Below, in pieces: positions 11,719 through 21,997 of a stretch of DNA of 64,000 nucleotides; position 1 is the stretch's first letter; each line of letters opens with the position of its first letter. The position numbers and the translations under genes are program-made. The notes under the pieces are model-generated. The model saw only the letters and a program-made list of their open reading frames with translations. It was not told the origin of the DNA and searched no databases. Source of the stretch: Podarcis gaigeae (lineage: Eukaryota). The stretch is from NCBI GenBank assembly GCA_964106915.2, contig OZ066915.1; one strand, given 5' to 3'.

Positions 11719-12443
11719 CAGGGGTCAGCAAACTTTTTCAGCAGGGGGCCTGTCCACTGTCCCTCAGACCTTGGAGAGGGGCTGACTATATTTAGAAAAA
11801 TATAAATACCCTGCAAGCCGGTCCCACAGCTGCCTCCAGACCTGGAGGAGGAATGCACTCCGCATGTGCTCAGGAGCGCGCCTTGGTGCCGCCCACTCAC
11901 TGGCATTGTTGACAAGCAGCAGCCATTCCATCGGCCCATTCCTGCAGAGCTCCCAGGTGGCGTGCACCATGCACTGCGGCCCATTGGCTGAGGCCAGATC
12001 AGCAGGCAGGCCACGCACACGTAGCGCCGGGCAGGTAGCATGCAGCTTGCCCTCCAGCTGCTCCAGCAAGGCCGTCAAGCATGCCACCAGCAGCAGCTCT
12101 GAGCCCGGCACCAGGCGCGGGGGCAGCAGGCGCACCAAGCTCTGGCTGAAGGCCCACGACACGCCTGTCACGATGCCCATGGTCAGGCCCAGACCCACCA
12201 CCTACCCGCCAGCCTCTTCGTCCATGGCCACATTGGTTTCAGCACAGCCAATCCGAAGCTGTGCAGCATTGCGGAAGTCAGTCCTCGCGTAGTGAGGCAT
12301 CCACGGCTTCTTTTCAAGGAAATGCCACACCGCACCAGTTTAGCTCAGCGGGGACTGACTGAGTGCGTGGCAGGGTCCACGGGCTGGATTTATGAGCCTG
12401 GTGGGCCACATCCGGCCCCTGGGCCATAGTTTGCCAAGCCCTG
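11719..12443. mobile_element. Non-autonomous hAT (Charlie-like) DNA transposon carrying a captured gene fragment
   Basis: Imperfect TIRs CAGGGGTCAGCAAACT (11719-11734) and AGTTTGCCAAGCCCTG (12428-12443) with hAT-like subterminal GGCCC/GGGCC motifs. The internal ~11808-12372 is foreign GC-rich sequence. No matching 8-bp TSD seen (CCCTTTTC vs TGCTAGTA). Confidence 0.8.
11901..12225 (-). pseudogene. SPR: Sepiapterin reductase (SPR) exon-1 pseudogene fragment inside the hAT element
   Basis: GCCATGG at 12225 gives MDEEAGG*VVGLGLTMGIVTGVSWAFSQSLVRLLPPRLVPGSELLLVACLTALLEQLEGKLHATCPALRVRGLPADLAS...WLLLVNNA, then a phase-1 donor GTGAGT (11900). It aligns colinearly with the recalled human SPR N-terminus ([39 protein letters not shown]...LRVVRVPADL...RLLLINNAG). 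In-frame TAG at 12204-12202; TGxxxGxG motif decayed. Confidence 0.88.
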
Positions 12444-13162
12444 TGCTAGTAGGACGGTTCCTGTTAGCCCAACTATTTAGTTGAATCCCACTCTGTGGCT
12501 CATCGTAAAGTATCTGTAAAACTAAATCCAAAATACCATGTAAAATTAAGAACCCTTGAAAGTATGGTGTGCTTTGAAAATATTTCCGGTTAGTCAATGG
12601 AAATCTGAGGCACTGACAGGACTGAATTAACTTGGACCTAGAATACAGGCATTTTCCATTCTAGGTCTATTTTGCTATGAATTAAGGTGCTTCCCTTGAT
12701 GTAAGTAGCAGAAGTGTGTGGAATGCCGCACGTACTGGCTTCAGATATTCCTCTGCCTGAACAAAGTTTTCCAAATGGATCTTTGCTCATAACTATGGTG
12801 AGGAGTAATAATAATAATGATGATGATGATGAAAAATTGGGTAAGTTCAGTCTCTCATAACAGCTAGGTCTTCGGGTGCTGCACACACACCTCTGCCTGA
12901 GCTAAAAAGGCAAGTATAATAAAACCAGTGGGAACAGCATTCATAAAACTCTCCAAATACCCAAGGCATATTTACCTTGGAATAAGCATAGCTGACCTCA
13001 GTAGAACTTATTTCAAAGCAAGCTTGTATAGAGAGCGGAGCAGATTTATAAAAATCCAGATGATAAATGCATTAACAAATGGAAGCCAAACTGAGAACTG
13101 ATGGGAATCATTGACAGCAAATGTTGCGCAATGTGATACAGTACTTTGCTCTGTATAAAGTA

Positions 13163-13168
<6 letters not shown>

Positions 13169-13197
<29 letters not shown>

Positions 13198-13218
13198 CTG
13201 TCTGTCTGTCTGTCTGTC
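13169..13218. repeat. (TG)n(TCTG)n compound microsatellite
   Basis: Direct reading. Confidence 0.95.
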
Positions 13219-14786
13219 AGCTCAGACCCTGCATGTTTTGATCATGCCCACAGCCAGCCAAGCTTATTGGTATGTGACATTTCCCTGCCTCAAGGCCAAA
13301 AACATTGCCGCAGCTGGAACAAAATAAAAGGTTGCCACCCCTTTCTTTCTTCCCAACACCTTGTGTTAGCAACAGCCTAATCTGCAGAAATGGAGCCTTA
13401 GTGACAGGAAAAGCTACAGCCACAAGTCAGCTGCATTGATTGCTATTAAGCACAGGAGGAACATTGAAATAAATGATCTATGGAATACTACTGTTCACTA
13501 TTAGTTCATTCACCTCTTCAGTTTATATCCTTCCATCCACTGAGTTGCACACTATAAAACCATACAATAAAATTTTAAACAGCTAAAACATCAGCTAAGA
13601 TGCAGCAAATAGCAATAAAATGACAATATTGCAGCAGCTCAGTGGAGTATTTCCTTTGCTCCATGCAAAAACTTGGGCATTAATATATGTTTTAAGGCAG
13701 CACCAATTAACAAATAATTCTCTGCCTGGTTTTCTCAGTCAATGATGTGGTAAGCTGAAATAATTTTCATGCATTATTAGAAGACTGTTCCATGGGGCTG
13801 ATTTGGTTTGCAAAAGGCACCTAACTAGGCAAAAAGCAGTGGCAGATTTGGGAGTCTCAAATTTCAGTGGCTTTCCTGTGTGATGCCAAAATTCATTCTC
13901 CCGCCCTGCCCCCCCCCCTTATGCTCCATTCTAAATCACCCATTCCAGTGCCCTGAGAATCCATGCCCAGTGCGACCAAACCAGTCGCTCTCCCCTAAAT
14001 ATGCCTCTGCAAACAGCACAATACAGTCGCTCTAAAAAGCAGGGGACATGAAGTGGTGCCAATGTGAAGTGCCTCCCCCAACCCTCAGTGGCACATGGTA
14101 ACTGGTAATAACGGTCCTGCCAAAGGTTTGTCTAGTCCAGCATAATGTTTCCTGCTTGCTTCCAACTCTATTAGGAAGGATATGGGCAGGGCATGAGGGT
14201 GCCTGATGTTCAGAGGGAATAGTTCCTCTGATCCTGGAAGGAAAGTAGAGCCCTATGACTAATAGCCATGGATAGCCTTATCCTCCATCCCAGGGGGCAT
14301 GTCGCATGTCCTGGGGACGTGGTGCACGTCCCAGGGGTGGGTCAGCATTTTGTCACCCCTCCTTTGGAATGGCACCTGGAGCGCCCCCCCGCCCCCACCT
14401 CGGAACGCCCCTGATTGCCACATCTTGAGAAAGCAAATTCCATAGTTTTAACCGTGTGTTCTATTAAGTAGTTCTTTCGTTTGTCTGTTCTTAATCTCCC
14501 ACCTTCATTGGATGACCCTAGATTCTAAACATTATGGAAGCTGCAGAAAATGTCTCTTATCAGCTATGGTTCTAAACAGACTTGCCTGGGAGTAAATCCC
14601 ATTGAACTCAATGGGGCTGGCTTCTAAGTAGATGTGTATAGGGTCGCCTTGTTAGTTTCTATCCACATTCTCCACACTACACATGATTTTATACAACTCT
14701 AGCATGTCTCCTTTATTCACTTTTTTCCCTAAACCAAGTAGCCCCAAATATTGCAAGTTTTCCTTGTGACAGAGCTGTGGCACAAT

Positions 14787-14788
<2 letters not shown>

Positions 14789-14840
<52 letters not shown>
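14789..14840. repeat. (AAT)n microsatellite
   Basis: Direct reading. Confidence 0.95.
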
Positions 14841-16014
14841 TTGTTATTTATACCACTCTGGGCAGCTCCCAATAGAATATTAAAAGCACGATAAAACATC
14901 AAACATCATCACATGGGGACAACCATCATGGAAAGTCATTTAGGCTGCATACATTTAAAGTCAACCCCCCCCCCCAAGAATCCTAGGAACTGTAGTTTAC
15001 AGTTCCCAACACCCATAGCAAACTACAATTCCCAGGATTCTTTGGGGAGGGGACAATATGCTTTAAATGTATGGTGTGGTAAACAGCCATTTTGCATTCA
15101 CCATACTTTATGCTTGCTAATGAGTGATTCTCCATTGAGTGGCCAAAAAGGTGGTGGTGGTGGGAATCAGCCATTAGTTCCCTGGAAAGGACCTCAGAAT
15201 GAGACGTTAATTGCTAGCTGGCACTAGATTATGGATTATATTCTCTTTCACAAGCAGCCATCCCTCGCTCAAAGCCAGAAGATGGGACAATAAGTGCAGC
15301 CAGTGAGCAATTCTCATCACAACAACTGACCTAAATACTTTCCCTAACAATATTGTCTTTTCAGAACAAATGCATTGAAAACCGGGGCTGTGTGTGTGTG
15401 TGCGCGCGCGCTCTCTCCCCCACTGTTGTTCTCCAACAACTGGTCCATTCTCACAAATCCAAATGCGCTTTAGAGCTCTTTTAATCAGTAAGACTTTTTT
15501 TAAAAACTTGGTTATCAACCATGTAGCTATTTATAATAGTGTTTTCCTTCCATCCTCCTCAGTAGAGTTGCCCCTTTTCTGGAACTGCTCCTGTATTTTT
15601 AAACAATGGCCTGGAGGGAATTCATATGGGGAAGCTTTTCCCAGCCCTCCCTGTGTCTCTGTGTCAGGAAAAGCTTCCCCACGATGAATTTCCTCCAGTT
15701 CTGCAGCCTGACCAGACACTGGCAGAAGCCTTAACTGGAAGAACACAATGCCCACAGAATAAACAGGCTAGCAACTAAGGGCTTGCAGTCCTCATTTGTG
15801 CTCACAGGACCTCCTCATTGGCATAATTCCCTATGGTTTGTCAATTATGTAAATGGGCTTCTTTTGATGTATCTCTCAGTTCCAGGAATGTAATGAGGAC
15901 TGAAAGGAGCCAGCGATTAGGCCATCTGCAGTGTACGGAGCAAGAGAAACAGAGGAAATACAGGAAACATGCTGGAATAATACAGGGGAACTCCTTCAAG
16001 GGTAGTGGATGTAC

Positions 16015-16172
16015 AAGGAAGCTTAGTGGTAGAGTACCTGCTTTTCATGCAAAGGGTCCAAGGTTCAATTTCTGGCATTTCCAGCCATGAGAAGGAAAGT
16101 CCCTTGCCTGCAACCCTGGGGAGCCGCTTCTAGCCAGTGTGGACAATACTGAGCTAGATGAACCAATATGGT
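16015..16172 (+). mobile_element. tRNA-derived squamate SINE (Squam2-like); related copies at ~42240-42570(-), ~44365-44480(-), ~61225-61395(-)
   Basis: Box A/B-like AGCTTAGTGG...GGTTCAATT and a shared body CTTGCCTGCAACCCTGG...GACAATACTGAGCTAGATG seen in several copies. Confidence 0.6.
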
Positions 16173-16219
16173 GAGATAGAAACTGGAGTCTGAAGGATCC
16201 CCTCCTCCCATATATACCT

Positions 16220-16563
16220 TGTTGTCGTTTAGTTGTTTAGTCGTGTCCGACTCTTCATGACCCCATGGACCAGAGCACGCCAGGCACTCCTGTCTTCCAC
16301 TGCTCCCGAAGTTTGGTCAAACTCATGCTGGTAGCTTCGAGAACACCATCCAACCATCTCGTCCTCTGTCGCCCCCTTCTCCTTGTGCCCTCCATCTTTC
16401 CCAACATCAGGGTCTTTTATAGGGAGTCTTCTCTTCTCATGAGGTGGCCAAAGCCCTGGAGCCTCAGCTTCAGGATCTGTCCTTCCAGTGAGCACTCAGG
16501 GCTTATTTCCTTAAGAATGGATAGGTTTGATCTTCTTGCAGTCCATGGGACTCTCAAGCTGCA
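16220..16563 (-). mobile_element. BovB (RTE) LINE 3' end with 11-bp TSD, inserted into an older L2 fragment
   Basis: 3' end GAAGAGTCGGACACGACTAAACAAC plus ORF remnant LESPMDCKKIKPI; TSD CATATATACCT at 16209-16219 and 16564-16574. Confidence 0.9.
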
Positions 16564-17500
16564 CATATATACCTACACAGACCCCTACACCATATTCAAA
16601 GGCCCTTCTCCAGGTGCCCCCACCCATGAGGTGCAATTTGCGAGTACTCAAGAGAGGGCCTTTTTGATAGGGATGCCCTGGTTGTGAAACCCTCATCAGA
16701 GAGGCACATCTGGAACTCATGTCACCATGTCAAGACTTCACTTTCCCAGATATTTAAAATCCTTAAGATCGCTTAGTACTTTTGAACACTGTTTTATATG
16801 GTTTGCAGATTACAGCTCTACTTTTTACCATGATCATTTGTTTTTGTTGGTTTATTTTTTAAAAAATTAGTGGCTTTTAAATTGTATTGTTCAGCCACCG
16901 CAAAATGTTAGTTATTAGGTGGTGTACAAATCTTAAAAATAAATGAAAGGTGTCTGAAAGTACGGTAATAGATTGTGGTCTGCTTCAGGCAGCAAAACGT
17001 ATAGGGCTGAGTCTGGTTTGCCACTGTTAAATCTCCTTTGACAGCGAGGCCTAGTTTCCACTGAATTGATAAGCCAGTGTCTGGACTGTACCATTTCAGA
17101 CTGCAGGTGGAGTGGTGTGTGGTGTCATGTGACTGACTGCTGCTCAGTACAAGCAAAACACTACTAAACCTTAGGTTACGTAAATACAATCCTGGTAACA
17201 ACACACACGACGTAACAGGCTGTTTTTGACAATGTAAATTCTATTTCAAACACAATTCAACATATAATATCTCACAAAGTGTAGTAATTCTGTAGACCAA
17301 CACATCATACAAACAGAACATATCAAGAGAAATTAAAGTCCAATGGATGGTCAGGAGATAAAGTCCATTCGGTTCCTAAATTGGCATATTGGCAATAACC
17401 ACAATATGGTATGCTTATCTTATGATGTTCCACATATCGCTGCTTTGAGGATTCTAACGTTCCTTGTATGTAGATATCGGATCAGATGGGAAGCTTGAAG

Positions 17501-17570
17501 GTATGGCACAACAAGGATTCTGGGATAATACCTTGTTTCGTCCAACTGGGCTTCGTCAGCCGTGCATACT
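17501..17570 (-). ncRNA. Hammerhead-ribozyme-like motif (type I topology, probably degenerate)
   Basis: CUGACGA (17559-17553), short stem II, GAAA (17539-17536), stem III ACAAGG/CCUUGU, GUU triplet, offset stem I GUAUG-CAC/GUG-C-CAUAC. Confidence 0.5.
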
Positions 17571-19497
17571 CATATTCTTGTATGACGGAAACATGGAACA
17601 AAATAAATTCAGTTCCTCAGTACAAAACAATTCCCTCCATGTCTCAAGCACGACAGCCAAGCCTCAGAGCTCTCAGCTTTGGAGACAGACCCATTTACTG
17701 CAGCGTGAGCTTTGTGCAGCTAAAGAAGGAAGCTCTTGCTCAAGAAAGTTTGTGCTGCAATAAACTAGCACCTGTGGTGCCACAGGACACAGAACAAATG
17801 CCGTTTTCGGTAATTTATTTTGGGAAGCAACAGAACTAGTGTGTCTGTTGCATACCCAGCTATTCCCTTCACCCCATAGCAATGCCTTATCATTTCAAAA
17901 ACTCAAAAGTGGGAGTTGTAGTAAGGTGTAATGATAGTTAAACATTGTCTCCAATTATTATGGGTTTAGCTAAGACTCCACCCCTTATTTGATCTTGCAG
18001 TTACTTTCATTTTTCTATGCAGCTGTGTGTTAACCCATTCTTCAAAAACAACCTGTTGTTCTGGGCCTACAAGGGGAGCAGAACTTGAAAAAAGCCTATT
18101 TCTTCTATTTGGGGGGGGGCAATGTGTCTGTACAGTTTTCCTGGTAGGCTCCCCTTTCAAATGGATTATTAAGCATGCCCACTTTAAAGCATCAGGATAC
18201 TTGGGACAAAATGTGGTAAATGGCTGCAGGGTCATAGCAATAATTGTTGCCTCCCAAAGATTTTATATTTATTTTCAAAGGAGGAAAGTATATAACCATG
18301 AATATAAACATTAGCAAAACAATTTTGTTCCCCTCTCTTCCCCTCCCCCCAGAAGAGAAGACTAATGTGTCAGATTCTGGCCATCTGTCATGGATGCTTT
18401 AGCTGAGTTTCTTAGATGACCCTCGGGTCCCTTCCTACTCTATTTTATGATGCTATGAAATTTTCCCATAAGTTCGTTCGAGATTATATAAAGGGGTACC
18501 ATATTTCAACAAGACTGCCCTTATTGGCTACATCATTCAGGTTGTGCACTCTCTTAGTTACTTACTCAGATAAAACAATTGTCCAAGTGTTCTGTTTCCA
18601 TTGTGTGATGGGCAGATAAAGCTGCCGCTCCTGAGAAAGGCAAGACTCTCCAGGTGCGTACCTGTTGCAGGTTGTGGGGCTGTGGAGATCAAAGCAAAAA
18701 TATCTAACTAGAAGTGACCCTTAGACAACAGAGAGACAAGAAAGGGGTCTGCTTGGAACACTGCAAGAGTTGATAAGATGCTCAGTACATCAATGACAGT
18801 TTAAGGCTCAATGAGTTTGATCGAGGAATAATAAGGAAAAAAGGAGTAATAACTGATAAATGGGGGGGGAGAGGAGGAGGAAGAGGAAGAGGGAAGAGGA
18901 ACAGGGGGAGAAAACAGAGATGTGGAAAAATGGAGGAATTGTGGCAAGGAAGGGTTAGGAGAAAGAGCTTATTTCCTCCCCGCTGGCACAGGTTGGTTGT
19001 TTCTTGCCACACCAGCTCTGTGTTCGCAGAGCAGCTGCTGCATCTCTCTGCAGTTTTGATGGTTCGACTTCCTCTACTTAGCAGGGTCAGTCCAGGCCAG
19101 CTCTGCGAGAGATGCTGTGTTCCCCAGAAAGATACAAGGGGCTCACTGTAAAAGCTGGCTTTTACAGAGGAAAAAAACTGTTTTATTTTTTAAATAATAA
19201 ATTGAAAGGGGAAAAATTGGCACTCTTTCCTCTGGAGCAGATGCCTTACCCTTAAAAAAGTAAATGAAAAAAATAAATAGATAATGAAATTGAAAGGAAT
19301 GATGAGTACCAATTGCAGTGATTCAAATTTAAAGCTCCAGATTTTGAATTGGGTGTGATGCTGTGGTAGATACTGCTCCTTGGGACTGTTAGGACAGAAG
19401 GCAGAGAGTCCCAGCAGTAGATGCAGCCAGAGCCAGTGAGAGGCAGAGAGAACGAATGCTAGTTTTGCCCCTATCCTTCTCCTCCCTGGATCATTTT

Positions 19498-19753
19498 GGA
19501 GAGCCAGTGTGGTGTAGTGGTTAAGAGTGGTAGACTCATAATCTGGTGAACCGGGTTCGCGTCTCCGCTCCTCCACATGCAGCTGCTGGGTGACCTTGGG
19601 CCAGTCACACTTCTTTGAAGTCTCTCAGCCCCACTCACCTCACAGAGTGTTTGTTGTGGGGGAGGAAGGGAAAGGAGAACGTTAACCGCTTTGAGACTCC
19701 TTCGGGTAGTAATAAAGTGGGATATCAAATCCAAACTTCTTCTTCTTCTTCTT
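19498..19753 (+). mobile_element. Full-length tRNA-derived SINE (Squam3-like) with (CTT)n tail
   Basis: Box A TGGTGTAGTGG, box B GGTTCGCGTC, body GGGTGACCTTGGGCCAGTCAC...CACCTCACAG, TTC tail. Older relatives at ~35975-36180(+), ~37390-37550(-), ~37755-37920(+), ~58215-58375(-). Confidence 0.85.
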
Positions 19754-20099
19754 TCAGAAATGTGATTCCCCATCTGCAAAGGTACGGTCAGTTCTAGGCC
19801 TCACATTCTGCTTTCTGCATGAGCAGAACCTTCTTCGACTCAGAAGGCCTTCCTAGAGGTACACAAGCACAAACACTTCCTAGGACACAGCAAGCCAGTC
19901 AGTGGAACAAATATGGACAACTAGGATCTCCAAGCAGTGACAGAGAAGAGTTCACCCAGGCAATATTTGCAGCCCCTAAAAATTTGGTTGCAATGACTTG
20001 GCTGCCCAATAAATGTAACTTAAAAAACAACAATGGAACAGCTTTTCTTATAAAATGTTTTAAAACTAGGTATCAATGAAATATGTCTTATTTTTAAAA

Positions 20100-20615
20100 A
20101 TATTTATATACCACCAGCTCAAATAAAATACTAAGGTGGTATATAGCAATGTATAAGTACAGCACAACACAGCTTACAAACAGTACAAAATAATCATGAA
20201 AATGACTGGCAGTGACTAGCCATGAAAGTTTAAACAGCTACATAGGCCTGTTGCTATAAATATGTCTTTAGGAGATGTCTGAAACTAAGCAGTGTGGATG
20301 CCTGCCAAATCTCTGCTGGAAGTATGTTGCACAGTGTGGAAATGGTGGCATTAAATGTCTGGCTTCTGGTTGAGGCCAGACTTCTGAAACACAGGAGACA
20401 CCTTACAGCATCTGTACATACATCTGAGACTGAGCTGGGACATAAGGGCCCAGGTAGCTCCCAAGACATCTTGGACCCAAGTTGTTCAGGGCTATGTATG
20501 CCAACACAAGTTCCTTGAACATGGACCAGCAGCATGTGAGCAGCCAGTGCAGATGTCTTAGCAGAGGTGCCACATGATGCCGACCATCTGCCCCCATCAG
20601 CAGTCCAGCCACTGC
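20100..20615 (-). mobile_element. L2 LINE 3' end (degenerate)
   Basis: Remnant translations HHVAPLLRHLHWLL and LCNILPAEIWQASTLLSFRHLLKTYL, typical of the L2 ORF2 C-terminus. Confidence 0.8.
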
Positions 20616-21931
20616 GTGGGAACATAGATGTTTAAAAGGAAAATCTGAAATATTTTGAAGGAAAAAAACTGGGAATCCCCTCCAGGGTAACATTGTATGT
20701 TTGCTTGACTTTCCATTTATGGCTGATAATGGAATCTGAAGTAACAGTTTCCCCCCTTGCTGCTGCCCCACCCCCAAAGTGGGCCTCTGGATGTCCGTAA
20801 CTGCTGTCGCTTTCCCAATCCATTCACCCAACTTTGGGGAGTTGCTTTCTGTTTCCTTGGCAGCAGATGGCAGATTTCCTCTTGGCCAAAGCCAAGCGCT
20901 TAATATGAAAAGGGCACTGGTGCCACCTACAGGCCAGTTTCAAACACATTATTATAAGCCTGCTTTTAGAGAGAGATTTCCAAAGAGATGCCAGGTTTTC
21001 AAAAAGAAGCCAGGGCCTTGTTTTCTGAGCCTGCTGGCTTATCTGCACATCTACTCTGGAGGGAAAATCTGGCAACAACCTCTGGCCCTTCAGATGTTCT
21101 TAGACTCCAACTTCCATCAGCCCCACATCCTCTGTAGGGCCACAGGTCCCGCCCCCCCACCTCTTAAAGACTGTCACTCATTCTTGATCCTTTACATGTA
21201 GTGAGCCAAAGATTGTTTGTTTCTATATCTCTGGCCTTTGCCAAAATGTGTGAAGACTACAGTTCTCAGCATGCTGATTTAGGGCGGTATCAAACTAAAT
21301 AACAGTGTGACCGGAATGACTTCGGCTTGTGCAGTGTGACTTTCCCCATAGCCTGTCCCTAAAACGGCTCTGAAGGGTTGGGAGCACCGACAGCACAGAT
21401 TTAGCAGGGGAGGCACATGGTGGAAGTCCAGTTGTTATGCTCATGCATGGATTTAATTGGCTCTAATTTGGACAAAACCCTAAGATAACAAGGCCTGGGC
21501 ACAGACACTTCGCCTAGCTAAACATAGTTCACAGTAACAGTGATACCAGTTGTTTAGACACATGTGATGTTAAGTACTTTTTGATATTTTTGTTTAGTTC
21601 CTCGAATCAACCTACCGGTAAGTTTCTGACTTTTTTATTGAGGTGCAATGCAACTTTGTTTGAATATAAATTAACTGAAGTGCAGGCTCTATGGCAGAGA
21701 GAGAAAAGCTTGCTATAAATTTTATTACAGGGATCCAGCAATGAAGTTTTGGCAGCAATCTTAAGTAGAGTTACCAAGAAGCAAGCCTTGTTCGACACTG
21801 GGAGCCTTACTTCAGAGAAAAGAAGGTCATGATCAGGGTCTGCATTGTGCTCAGTTTAAGCTTTGGAGTTGCCTACTTTCATTTGGCCAATTTCAGCCTG
21901 GCTTGCAAATCTTGGATTTTCAGTTTTTAAA

Positions 21932-21940
21932 ACACACACA

Positions 21941-21996
<56 letters not shown>
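21932..21996. repeat. (AC)n(AG)n compound microsatellite
   Basis: Direct reading. Confidence 0.95.

Positions 21997-21997
<1 letters not shown>

Noticed and set aside
11601-12292. Overlapping 142-146 aa ORFs (11601..12041-, 11864..12292+, 11764..12201-) as a functional gene
   Set aside because: They arise from the GC-rich captured SPR exon. The SPR frame has a stop at codon 8, a decayed cofactor-binding motif and no downstream exons in the window.
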